DNA of 37,261 nt from a virus (lineage: Duplodnaviria > Caudoviricetes): positions 1 to 37,261 of the IMG/VR virus record IMGVR_UViG_3300031999_002039, one strand, 5' to 3'. Shown here piece by piece: positions 23,570-34,600 of this stretch. The number at the start of each line of letters is the position of its first letter. The stretch's first letter is position 1. The notes under the pieces were generated by a model. That model ran no database searches, was not told the origin of the DNA, and saw only the letters and a program-made list of their open reading frames with translations. A program made the translations under genes and the position numbers.

Positions 23570-25669
23570 ATGTCGTATTGGAATAAATCATTAAACAGTT
23601 CTAATAATACATTGGATAATGTATCATTATCCGCGCTGGGTAGAACGGTAAAATCTACATCGGATGAATTCTATGAAATAGAGCCAGCAATAGTGTTGGA
23701 TATAATTTTAGACATAGACCATCCATATCTTAGAGATAAACAAAGCACATTGGTTCCCGGTCAATGGCCTGTAGATGTAAATGGCAAAGCACCATTAAAA
23801 ACTGACCAAGACTATACTTGGATTGGCAGAGCTCTGATAAGACTCATTCAAACCAACAGTAATGTAGAAAAGGAAGATTTGATATGGGCAACGCCTTTAG
23901 AATCCAACATATCAGAATATCCTGTATTGAATGAAATCGTTGGAGTTGTATCTTACTTGGGACAATATTACTATACCAGAAAAATCAACAAGTTCAACAC
24001 GCCTAATGCTAATGCTGATTTCAATATGGAATTGGTATATGGAGGATTTACTAAATTTGGTTCTACAAACCCAGCTCAAGGAAATAGAGAACTTTTAGTA
24101 AAAACATCCGACCCAAGAGTTCCATACATAGGACCACAATCAAAGTTGAACATATATGGTGGTGTAGGATTCATTGGCGCCTTAGGTAGATATTTTTACT
24201 ACAATCCAAGAATTCGTTCTCTCAAGAGAAGAGAGGGGGATTTGATATTTGAAAGTAGATTTGGTCAGTCTATCCGATTTGCTACTTACGATGATAACAG
24301 AGATAATGATAAAAGTAGTGTTGATTACACGGACTATAAAGGTAATGGTATAACTAATCCATACTCCAAGAAAGAAGCCGGTGGTGGTAATCCAATGATT
24401 ATCATTCGTAACCGTCAAAGACCCATAAGTAATACTATTGTCAATGAAAAAAATGTCGGTGGCTACATGTTGGAAGATGTTAATGAAGACGGAACATCCA
24501 TACATCTTACATCAGGCATAACTTTGAGCCTTTTTAATACTACCAAATGGTTAAAGAAAAAAATGTGGGGAAATGGTTCAGAAGAACAACCATTATTTAA
24601 TGGAATAACCAACTTCAAATTCCCCAAACTAATAGGCGACCAACTCGTTATAAACAGTGATAGAGTGACCATTTCTGCTAAAAAGAACGAATTATTTCAA
24701 TATTCTAAGAAGAGAATGGCGTTCGTAACTGATGATGAATGTACAATAGACGCTCAAAATCAGATTATTATTACCACAAATAACAAAACGGTCTTGAATT
24801 CCCCGGCTATTTATTTAGGAGAATACAATCAGACGAATGAACCAGTTCTACTTGGACAAACATCGGTGAATTGGTTGTTTGATTTGTGTAATTGGCTGTT
24901 GGCACATACGCATTGGTATAACCACAAGCATCCAGATGCTCAAGGTGGAACTACAGGTAATGCCAACCCAACACAGACACAAACGACGGTTCAGGCCGCA
25001 TCGTTGACTGTATTGAGGAATAATTTGAACTTATTGATGAGTAGAAGGGTGTTTACTGTGGGTGGTGGTTTAGCGCCGGGAGCGAATGGTGGAACTATTC
25101 CAAGCGGTGAACCTGCTGTAACGATTACTACACCCGCAGGAAGTGGTGTTCCGGGCGGATGGAGTGGGTCTAATAGAAAATATAGTACAACAGAAAAGCA
25201 AAAAATACAGACACAAATAGAAGAATCTAAGGCAATAGCAATGTCGGTGTCTTCTACATCAGATAAGACTAAGGCAAGTGTTGCTGCAGTGAAAGAAGAC
25301 CTAGCATCGGTGCAGTCTTCTGTTAGAAAATATCATAATGGTGTGACGGTAACAGCCTTAAAAACTGTTCAACAACAGTTAAAATTGGCTAATACAAATG
25401 CACTATTATCTAAACAATATTCTGATCAAGTTCAGACTTTGACAGAAACGGCAGCTACAACTGATAATGAAGCTGTTAGAATAGAAGCTAATATAGCAGC
25501 CAAAGATGCGGCTGATAAGTCAAAACATTATGCAAATTTAGCAGAAGAAAACAAAAAAGCAGCAAATTCTGCTGCCGCCGTGGCCGCTAAAGAGGTAAGT
25601 AATCATGAAGCGGCTGTAGCGGCAAATAATGCTGCTAAAAATACAAAACTTCATGGTGGAAGACAATAA
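23570..25669 (+). CDS. Baseplate central spike/hub (gp5/VgrG-like)
   Basis: EYPVLNEIV OB-like segment, EGD..FESRFGQSIRF, beta-helix-like QLVINSDRV.., HTH/HKH tip motif; upstream of the gp25-like gene. Confidence 0.65.
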   Translation: MSYWNKSLNSSNNTLDNVSLSALGRTVKSTSDEFYEIEPAIVLDIILDIDHPYLRDKQSTLVPGQWPVDVNGKAPLKTDQDYTWIGRALIRLIQTNSNVEKEDLIWATPLESNISEYPVLNEIVGVVSYLGQYYYTRKINKFNTPNANADFNMELVYGGFTKFGSTNPAQGNRELLVKTSDPRVPYIGPQSKLNIYGGVGFIGALGRYFYYNPRIRSLKRREGDLIFESRFGQSIRFATYDDNRDNDKSSVDYTDYKGNGITNPYSKKEAGGGNPMIIIRNRQRPISNTIVNEKNVGGYMLEDVNEDGTSIHLTSGITLSLFNTTKWLKKKMWGNGSEEQPLFNGITNFKFPKLIGDQLVINSDRVTISAKKNELFQYSKKRMAFVTDDECTIDAQNQIIITTNNKTVLNSPAIYLGEYNQTNEPVLLGQTSVNWLFDLCNWLLAHTHWYNHKHPDAQGGTTGNANPTQTQTTVQAASLTVLRNNLNLLMSRRVFTVGGGLAPGANGGTIPSGEPAVTITTPAGSGVPGGWSGSNRKYSTTEKQKIQTQIEESKAIAMSVSSTSDKTKASVAAVKEDLASVQSSVRKYHNGVTVTALKTVQQQLKLANTNALLSKQYSDQVQTLTETAATTDNEAVRIEANIAAKDAADKSKHYANLAEENKKAANSAAAVAAKEVSNHEAAVAANNAAKNTKLHGGRQ

Positions 25670-25681
25670 CACACACAACAT

Positions 25682-26239
25682 ATGAAAATAGACGAACTAA
25701 AAAAAGCAATTAGAGGTATCGTAAGAGACGAAGTAAAACGTGCCGTAGCAGAAGAAGTAAGCAAGGCTATGGGAAAGGTATTGGTTGAAATGGTCAAGGA
25801 GATAAAATCCAATCCAAATCAACCAAGAATAGTAGAAGAATCCACAGAGGAAGATATCACAACCGACGCTCCGGTACTAAGAACCAATAATCCAAAACTT
25901 AATGGCGTTTTAGCCGAAACTGCTAGGAAATTTAGACCAATTCCGAGAGAGGCTGGTGCCGGATTAGCAGAGTTGATGGATGGTGGGTTTGATAAAATTG
26001 GTCATGGTGATATGGGTATAGAATCCCAACCAGCAGCACCAGCAACTAAATTGGATTTCTTGAGAGAAATAGTCGGACAAACGGCAGCACCGCCTCAAAC
26101 ATCCGTTTTAGATGGCGGCGCAGAAATACCTGATTCTCTTAAAAAGGTATTCAAAAAAGATTTCAGAGCTGTCATGAAAAAAATGGATGAACAAAAAAAG
26201 GGATTCGGCGGCGGATTTAATCCGCTTATGAACGGATAA
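25682..26239 (+). CDS. Hypothetical virion-associated protein
   Basis: 185 aa; MKIDELKKAIRGIVRDEV amphipathic N-terminus; inside the baseplate operon. Confidence 0.72.
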   Translation: MKIDELKKAIRGIVRDEVKRAVAEEVSKAMGKVLVEMVKEIKSNPNQPRIVEESTEEDITTDAPVLRTNNPKLNGVLAETARKFRPIPREAGAGLAELMDGGFDKIGHGDMGIESQPAAPATKLDFLREIVGQTAAPPQTSVLDGGAEIPDSLKKVFKKDFRAVMKKMDEQKKGFGGGFNPLMNG

Positions 26240-26240
26240 T

Positions 26241-26675
26241 ATGGCAACAACTTTAATAAATCCTACTCTTGCTACTCCGATAGGAATGACTCTTCCTATT
26301 CAGGGCGGTAATAGTGGGTATTTTGCACAATCTTTTGATACTCTTACACAGGTAAAATCTAATATCACAAATCTTCTAAATACTCGACAAGGAGAAAGAA
26401 GAATGCAACCTACATTTGGAACAAGGTTGTGGAATTTGCTGTTTGAACAGAACGTAGATACGTTGAAAGACCAAGCAGTTCAAATAGTGAATGAAGACAT
26501 TGCTTCTTGGATACCAAACGTCACAGTTGTAGATATAACAACTAACCTTTTAAAAAGTGACGAAGTAACTGCTGACAAAGATATTTATATGTTAAGAATC
26601 GCTGTTACTTTCATGGTGAATTTGACAAAACAAATAGATTTGGTAGTCGTCACGATAAATAACGCGACACAGTAA
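26241..26675 (+). CDS. Baseplate wedge subunit, gp25-like
   Basis: QVKSNITNLLNTRQGERRMQPTFGTRL...W.P.V motif. Confidence 0.88.
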   Translation: MATTLINPTLATPIGMTLPIQGGNSGYFAQSFDTLTQVKSNITNLLNTRQGERRMQPTFGTRLWNLLFEQNVDTLKDQAVQIVNEDIASWIPNVTVVDITTNLLKSDEVTADKDIYMLRIAVTFMVNLTKQIDLVVVTINNATQ

Positions 26676-26676
26676 T

Positions 26677-28665
26677 ATGGCAAATACAATACAAAAATCA
26701 TTTCTACCGGGTAGTAAAGAGGTAAGATATCTTAACAAAGATTTCTCACAGTTTCGTGAAAATCTAGTTAACTTTGCTAAGTATTACTACCCAAATACAT
26801 ACAAGGATTTTACCGACGCTGCGCCCGGTATGATGTTCATTGATATGGCGTCGTATGTCGGTGACGTTCTATCATATTACACAGATTACACGTTTAAAGA
26901 AGGTCTTCTCTACAATACAACGGAGAGAAAGAACATCATTGCTTTATCTAAATATTTGGGTTATACAACAAAACCAGCAAGAGGAGCAACAGGTAAAATA
27001 GACATATTTCAAATTTGTCCATCTACCACGGATGCAGACGGAAATTATGTTCCTGACCAAAAATTTGCATTGAATCTTAAAGAAAACATGCAAGTATCCA
27101 ACAATGTTGGAGCATCTTTTTTAACTGCTGAGCCTGTAAATTTTGCTGTAAATACATTTTTATCTAAGAGAATTACGACGGTTTATGAACGAGATGATAC
27201 AGGAGTTCCTACATTTTTCTTGTTGCAAAAGACGGCAAATATTCGTTCAGGAAAGGTTATAACCAAGACTTTTACAGTCAATGCTATGCAATCATTTTTG
27301 AATCTTTATCTCGATGAGACTAATGTTTTAGAGATTATTAGTGTAGTTGATTCGGATAATAATGAGTGGCATCAAGTTGATTTTCTTGCTCAAGAAATGG
27401 TTTTAAATGATGTTCCTAATAGTGATGCTTTTGAGGGAAGTCTTGCCGCATATAGAGGTACAGTTCCTTACATTCTAAACTATTTAAAAACCTCACGAAG
27501 ATTTACCGTAAATGTTGATGAAAATAGTAGAACATTTATTCAATTTGGAGCTGGAACTGATGGATTTGCTGATGAAATTATCAACTTAAGTTCACAACAA
27601 ATTGGTGTTGGGTTGTCAAATTTGGGCAATCTAAATCTATCATTAGACCCATCCAATTTCCTTCAAAATGACACGTATGGACTGGCACCACAGAACACGA
27701 ATTTAACTGTAACATACACCGTCGGCGGTGGATTTGAGTCAAATTCACCATCAAACTCCGTCATTAACATTGACGCGGTAACGATGGATAATTCAAGTAA
27801 CGGATTATTGCCGGAAGAATCAGCACTACTCAATACAGTTAAAACGTCATTGAGAGTAAACAATGCTGATGCTACGGTTGGTGGGTCTGGACCTGAAAGT
27901 AATGAAGATATTAGACTAAATGCTATTGCTTCATTTGCTGCTCAAAATCGTATAGTAACTCAACAAGATTACTTGGCGAGGGTGTATTCAATACCTCCAA
28001 AATATGGTTCTATAGCTAAAGCACAAGTCATAACCTATAACAGTTTGGATGTAAACCAAGACCAGATTTTGACAGGAACAGTCAATGAAAAGAATGTGGC
28101 AACAGTAATTAACAAGGATACACAGAACTATTTTAGAAAGATTTCTTTTGATAGAAGTAACCCATTTGCTGTAAATTTGTATGTTTTGTCTTATGATGAA
28201 AACAGACAACTTACACAAGTGAATGATGCTTTAACTTCTAATCTTCTAACTTACCTACGACGTTATAGAATGTTGACGGATGGTATTAACATTGTTGATG
28301 GTTACATAATCAATATTGGTGTCGAATTTGTAATTACAGTATTCAAAGGTAACAACAAAAAAGACGTATTGAAAAACGTAATTGCTGCCGTTCAAAATTT
28401 CTTTAATATAGACAGATGGGAGTTTTCACAATCCATCAGTCTTAGTAGTTTGAGACTAGAAATGGCCAAAGTTGACGGTGTTCAGACGATTGTATCATTG
28501 AATATCACCAATCTTACACCACTAACAACCAACGGCGAAACTTACTCTTCGATAGAATACGATATTGATGCAGCAACAAAAAATGACACAATTTATCCTT
28601 CTTTAGACCCTTCTATTTTTGAAGTAAAGTATCCTGATAAGGATATTAAAGGAACTGTACTATAA
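26677..28665 (+). CDS. Baseplate wedge subunit, gp6-like
   Basis: KDFSQFRENL..F, DF..A.PGMMFIDMASYVGDVLSYY.D, FGAG, GG...ES.EDIR, QNRIVT.QDY. Confidence 0.88.
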   Translation: MANTIQKSFLPGSKEVRYLNKDFSQFRENLVNFAKYYYPNTYKDFTDAAPGMMFIDMASYVGDVLSYYTDYTFKEGLLYNTTERKNIIALSKYLGYTTKPARGATGKIDIFQICPSTTDADGNYVPDQKFALNLKENMQVSNNVGASFLTAEPVNFAVNTFLSKRITTVYERDDTGVPTFFLLQKTANIRSGKVITKTFTVNAMQSFLNLYLDETNVLEIISVVDSDNNEWHQVDFLAQEMVLNDVPNSDAFEGSLAAYRGTVPYILNYLKTSRRFTVNVDENSRTFIQFGAGTDGFADEIINLSSQQIGVGLSNLGNLNLSLDPSNFLQNDTYGLAPQNTNLTVTYTVGGGFESNSPSNSVINIDAVTMDNSSNGLLPEESALLNTVKTSLRVNNADATVGGSGPESNEDIRLNAIASFAAQNRIVTQQDYLARVYSIPPKYGSIAKAQVITYNSLDVNQDQILTGTVNEKNVATVINKDTQNYFRKISFDRSNPFAVNLYVLSYDENRQLTQVNDALTSNLLTYLRRYRMLTDGINIVDGYIINIGVEFVITVFKGNNKKDVLKNVIAAVQNFFNIDRWEFSQSISLSSLRLEMAKVDGVQTIVSLNITNLTPLTTNGETYSSIEYDIDAATKNDTIYPSLDPSIFEVKYPDKDIKGTVL

Positions 28666-28666
28666 T

Positions 28667-31147
28667 ATGCATCATTTCATTTATCCATCACAAGACACTT
28701 TCATAACCAACACTATAGGATATGATGACCTAAACTTTGGGTTGGATGAAGTTTTGCGTGTAGGTACTCAGGACATTACTTCAAAAGTAACACAACCGAC
28801 CACAATTTATCAAATAGCCCCATCCGGGTCATTTGTAACAAATCTATGCGTCCAAGGATTCTCAGGCTCGCTTTCTACAGCATCCTTCTATGGTTCTGCA
28901 TCAACTGCGGTTGGTCGTATATTCAATACCAGCGTTGACCCTGTTTCCTTTAGTACAAGTTATTTCTCAGGAAGTTTCGTTGGTAGTGCCATAGGTTGGA
29001 ATAACGGAACTTATATTAGTGCATCAAATGCTACAGGAAGTTTGACTAATTTTAGCGGAACAATCGTAGTTCATACAATATCTTCTGGGTCAACTTGGGA
29101 CGGATTAATTTTTGAATACAACAATTGGTTCACTACATGGGATTCTGTGATTTCAGGTAGTGGAGTAATCAATGGTGTAATATCAGGAAGTCTATCAGGT
29201 AGCTTTATTGGTATATTTAATGGTTATCTTATTGGATTTACAGGTAAAATATTGGTTGGAAATATTGATGGTGTGGATGTTAAAAACGTGCCACATACAG
29301 AAGTTATTATCGGCGACTATAAAAATCGAGCCTTGGTTCAATTTGATATCACATCCATTTCTAAATCTATTGCTAATGGAGATATTGTAAATCCACAATT
29401 TAATCTCAAACTTAACATTGCCAGAGAATTTAATTTACCTATAGGGTATAACGTTTACGCATTTCCAATTTCTCAAAGTTGGGTAATGGGCGACGGATAC
29501 GTGTCAGATAATGGTTCTACGGATGGTGCTAGTTGGATTTATAGAGATTATCAGAATGGAACTCCTTGGGCAGTTACAGGGTCATCTTACATTCAGTCTT
29601 TGTCTGTTACTCAATCTTTTAACTATCAAGTCGGAGATATTAACATGAATGTTACTCCGATAGTAAATGCTTGGTTGAATGGAACAATTAAAAATAATGG
29701 TATTGTATTGATTAGTAGTGATGAATTTTCATCTAATCCTATTGGTATGTGTCTATTTTTCTTTAGTAAAGATACGAATACCATTTACGAACCAATTTTG
29801 GACGTTGGGTGGAGTTCTGGTTCCGGCGGTTGGTCTTGGTCAACTGGAAGTGTTGTAACAGCAAGTGCAAACATTTCTACAGTTCCAGCAGGATTGTATG
29901 GAAGTCTTATTACAGGAAGTGCTATTAGTGGTTCTCTGTATGGTGGATTTACTGGCATCGGTAACATGAATTTTTCGTCAAGTGTATCTTATAGTTACAC
30001 CACGTCATCAATAACCGGGTCTATTATTGATACCGCATCATTTACGAGTTATTTTGCTAATGGACTTGCATCGTTGACAGGTGTTAATGGTCTAATCATT
30101 AGTATGTCTATCATAGGCAATTTTTCAGGTTCACTTAGTCATTCTATAGTTCCTTTGATAAACAAATGTGGAACCTGTGAGCCTGTGTTTAATGTTGGTG
30201 CAGGTCTGCCGGGCGGACAAAACCAGACTCAATATCAGGGATTGGACATTTATGGATGGGGAAATCCATTCAACACATTTAATCAATATAATTGGCCAGC
30301 GGATACAACTTATGACGCAGCATTATCAGGTTCTTGTAGTGGTAGCATGGTAACAATGTCATATGTAATGGGAACATTCATTGATGGAACAATGCCGGGA
30401 GCAACGTTCACGTCAAGTCTTATCCACGGATATATTTTTGGTTATGGTTACTTGGTCGGTAGTTGGAATGAGTCTTTGATTATAGGTTCTCATATCAGTG
30501 CTAGTTACCCATTCCTACCACTATGGCCAGTTGCCATGAACGTATTATTTACTGGTTCATATGTCAATGGTCCAGCATTTGGTTCAATAACCAATTTCTC
30601 AACGGGTAGTGATTTTGGTTCTGATTATGGTATTTTTGATGGTGTATTTACCGGCGGCCCACTTGTTGGTATCCACATTCATGCTCCATTTAGTGGAAGT
30701 ATATTGAATGCTCCATTACTTTACACAAGTAGTATCAACCTAACATCATCTAGTCTGTCTCCTGTGAATGTAAATTCCCCATTCGTAGCCGTTGTTCAAA
30801 ACGTTCCAGATTCCGTGAACGCGGGTGATATAATTAGAATAAACGTCTTTGGTCGTCAACAGTTCCCACTCAAGAACTTTAATCGCCAAACGCAATTTAC
30901 ACAATTCCTTACTCCACAATATTTACCATCATCGTCATACTATTCGATTAAAGATAACGAAACCGAGCAAATTATACTTGATTTCGATAATTATACCCAG
31001 ATAAGTTGTGATTCAAACGGAAATTATTTCTACTTGGACACCACAGCTTATCCACAAGAAAGGTATTTTAGACTTTTAATCAGAGTTGAAGCTAGTGGGT
31101 CCATATATACCTTTGATAAAGGTAACATATTTAAGATTGTGAGATAA
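28667..31147 (+). CDS. Virion structural protein (baseplate region, S/G-rich, DNRLRE-like core)
   Basis: RALVQFD, W.MG.G, V.AWL.G...NNG, TIYEPILDVGW, C-terminal ERYFRLLIR; SGS/TGS-rich inserts. Confidence 0.62.
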   Translation: MHHFIYPSQDTFITNTIGYDDLNFGLDEVLRVGTQDITSKVTQPTTIYQIAPSGSFVTNLCVQGFSGSLSTASFYGSASTAVGRIFNTSVDPVSFSTSYFSGSFVGSAIGWNNGTYISASNATGSLTNFSGTIVVHTISSGSTWDGLIFEYNNWFTTWDSVISGSGVINGVISGSLSGSFIGIFNGYLIGFTGKILVGNIDGVDVKNVPHTEVIIGDYKNRALVQFDITSISKSIANGDIVNPQFNLKLNIAREFNLPIGYNVYAFPISQSWVMGDGYVSDNGSTDGASWIYRDYQNGTPWAVTGSSYIQSLSVTQSFNYQVGDINMNVTPIVNAWLNGTIKNNGIVLISSDEFSSNPIGMCLFFFSKDTNTIYEPILDVGWSSGSGGWSWSTGSVVTASANISTVPAGLYGSLITGSAISGSLYGGFTGIGNMNFSSSVSYSYTTSSITGSIIDTASFTSYFANGLASLTGVNGLIISMSIIGNFSGSLSHSIVPLINKCGTCEPVFNVGAGLPGGQNQTQYQGLDIYGWGNPFNTFNQYNWPADTTYDAALSGSCSGSMVTMSYVMGTFIDGTMPGATFTSSLIHGYIFGYGYLVGSWNESLIIGSHISASYPFLPLWPVAMNVLFTGSYVNGPAFGSITNFSTGSDFGSDYGIFDGVFTGGPLVGIHIHAPFSGSILNAPLLYTSSINLTSSSLSPVNVNSPFVAVVQNVPDSVNAGDIIRINVFGRQQFPLKNFNRQTQFTQFLTPQYLPSSSYYSIKDNETEQIILDFDNYTQISCDSNGNYFYLDTTAYPQERYFRLLIRVEASGSIYTFDKGNIFKIVR

Positions 31148-31151
31148 GACA

Positions 31152-31628
31152 ATGGAATTCACCAAACAAATAGCAAATTTTACAAATTACGGTATCTACA
31201 ATTACAAATTTGATGAAGTGGGTAACGAAATTTTAAACCCAATGTCTGCGGTATTCCAAGAGGTTTACTTTAGCCTTCCTATATCAAGATTGGTGTATAA
31301 TAATGATAAAATATCCTTATTTTATAATCCTACATTCACAGAATTTATTCCGGCTCCGCCTACAGCATCATCAGCGACTGTATTTCCACAAGAAGCAATT
31401 GATGAGATTAATGCTATCATTTATCAAAATGTTCAACTACAAAATCAATTGGATTCTCTAGTTTCCGATAGTACCAAAGACAGTGGTTCGGCGGACATAC
31501 AATCTATTAAGAATACTATCATTAACCTAAGAACACAACTTGGACAGGGTTCTGTAGATGGAGATTTTCAATCTTCATATCCATATCTTCCGTTGTCATT
31601 AGAAGAACAAAATCCTCCAACACAATAA
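31152..31628 (+). CDS. Hypothetical structural protein
   Basis: 158-aa ORF in the operon; coiled-coil segment. Confidence 0.72.
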   Translation: MEFTKQIANFTNYGIYNYKFDEVGNEILNPMSAVFQEVYFSLPISRLVYNNDKISLFYNPTFTEFIPAPPTASSATVFPQEAIDEINAIIYQNVQLQNQLDSLVSDSTKDSGSADIQSIKNTIINLRTQLGQGSVDGDFQSSYPYLPLSLEEQNPPTQ

Positions 31629-31631
31629 AAT

Positions 31632-34600
31632 ATGTCATTACCATATACAGTTTTAGGTGAATTCACAGGTAGTGTAAAATCCGGCTCATTATTGAGTGTA
31701 AAGGATACGGGGTTATTTTATGTTTCTCAAAGTTCGGATGTGTGGTTTGGAGTTTCGCAGAATGATGTAATAGAAGTTGCTTCATATTCTACAAACGACA
31801 ATACACTTCAAAGTTGGGGTACATTATACACCGATGATAAATTTCAAACCGTCGCACTAACATATTTGGACAATTTGAATGTCCCTCACAGTTACACGTA
31901 TAATGAACTTGTAAAACCATTCACAATTTACAAAAATAATGAAATTCTTCTTAAACCAACAGAAGATTTAAATGCGATAAATGTAACAGAGGGAAGCCAA
32001 TTAATTTCCTATAATTTCGTAAGAGAAATGGCAGGCAGCCCAACATCAACTCTTACAATCAAAGAAATTTCTCCATCAAGAACAGAAATAAAACTCATAC
32101 CATCAGGAGAATCTGACGTTCAATATGATTCATTTTGTATAAAGAAATTTCCAATTAGAGATGTAGCGCCTATTCTTTTGTCAATAATCAAGGACTTACC
32201 TTATGATAAAATTTATAGGGTAATGAGCGACCAACCTCAATATCAGACAGGCATAAGTTTTCTTAAATTTATGTTCTTCCTTCCTGATGATGGTTCGGTT
32301 GTAACATTTTTGAGAAATTTGTATGAAGATTTAATAAAATACACATCCATTGCTCCTACGGCTGTTACAAGCGGCGTTCAACCGGCTGTTATAACAAGAA
32401 TTCAAGGTATCAAGACATACTATAACAATTTCTTGTTGCAAAGTTACGACCTTATTGCTGATTTTGATGGAATCTCACAGAAATATGTTGACTTTGTAAA
32501 TCTAAGATTAGATGAAAGATTTGGTCCATTTTCAAATGCACAAGAACAAGGATATCAAGATGCACGGCAGTTTTGTTATGATTTTTTCGTAACTTATTTT
32601 TACGACAATAACATCAAACCATTACAACTAAGTTATCAAGACAAATATTTTGGATACCTAAAAAACGTATTAAACTTTGGAAATAATAGATACTTTTCGA
32701 TATTAAACAATGGATATCTTGATGAAAGAGTGTCACCAAAAGACCCTATTACTCTTATAGTAAAGTTGTCAGAAGAACTTCCTTCGGATATTTCTGAAAA
32801 GGATACTTGTTGGGTTTCAAACTTTGGTATGCCTCCTTATGTATTCACTTCGATTCTTAGAAATCCGGTGAAATACAAAACGATAAAAATTTCACAGGCA
32901 AATTTTGGTTCTCCACAACATTTCATCAATACTGATAGTACAAACACTTTGTATTCATCGGAAGACCTTGATAATTCGTCGGTCATGACAAATGATATCA
33001 GAGTCAACAAAAATATTGCCGAACTGAATACCGATTATTCCGACTTTTCTAATTTCATAGTATTTTCATCTGCCACGAACCGACTTAACATTTTCAAGAA
33101 CAAGATGGTTAGTTGGACATCTTTAAGTGCATCAATGGTAGAATTGGATAGAAGATATAATCTTTCATTGTCTGCCTCAGCACCATATCCGTATTATTTT
33201 ACAGAAAAGGCAAACTTACAATCACAAACTACAGAGATTATAGACTCATTTGATGGTTATGAATCCTCTCTGTTCTCTGGTGGAAAATACACATATGTTA
33301 TATCATCAGGGTCGTTTTATAGTTCGAGTTATGTAGAAGACCAAGATACGTCTGCTAATGATTATGATTTAAGTAATAGAGACAGTCTATTATCGAACGT
33401 TCCTCAATTCATTGCAACCAATTCAAACTACGATGAGTATTTGACTTTCCTTAACATGGTGGGTCATCATTTTGATAACATCTACACATACATTGCTGCA
33501 ATGCCAATCGAAAGGCAAGTAAAGAACGAACTCACATCTAGTATCCCAACGAATACACTAAAAGAAATGTTGTATTCTTTTGGTTGGAGTGTTGATGATA
33601 TCATAGGCCCATTGGATATCAATGAGGTATATCTAAACAGCATGAATTCGGCGTCTTTTGATGCCTTGTCAGGTGAACAAAGACTTCAAACCATATGGAA
33701 TCGTATTCTTGTAAATTTGCCGGGCATTTATAAGACCAAAGGAACAGAAGAGTGTGTAAACTTTCTAATGTCATGTTATGGTTTGCCATCATCATTGATT
33801 ACAATAAGAGAATACGGTGGTACAGATTATGCTAATGACCCAGCACCAACATATAGGTTGGATGAAAAAACCTATATGCTTAAGTTCTCAGGTATAGGCG
33901 ATTATGTTGAAGGTCCGTTGCCATACTCAACAAGAACGGTAGAATTTAAGTTTTCAATTGATGCAGACCCATACGCAACAACTTATCCAGAATATGCGTA
34001 TTTTCCACTATTTACAAGTTTTCCTGCACCATACACAAGTTCAATTAATTCCAATTGGACTGTAGGATTTTACAGAGTTCCGGGAGATTTGACAGGCAGA
34101 GTGATATTTCAAATGGGGTCAGGCTCAAGTGGAATAGCTATATCAAGTAGTGTATTACCTATTTTTAACGGTGAAATTTTCAGTGTAATGTTGAGAAGAA
34201 ATGAGCCTGATAATTTCTTTGAATCAAGTATAGACCCGGACGTTGTTCCGTTGAATTACGATTTGACGGTTCAGAGAAATGAAAATGGAAGACAGATTTT
34301 CTATTCTACATCTAGTGCAATATTCTATGAGTCTGATAATTCTGTATTTTCTCAATTCGGAAAATTCAGAATGACAAACGGAACGTTCAAAGGAACTTTG
34401 GATAAATTATCCATTTGGGATATTCCAATAAATGATAATGATTTTCAAGAACATGTCAACGATTTAAATTCTTATGGTTCTAGTGGTTCAATTCCTTATC
34501 AAAATCTATGGGTTCAACTAAGTTGGCAATATCCACAGACCATGTATGCAGGCGGTTATCCTGTATGGATTACTAATGCTTCGGATTATTACACAATTCC

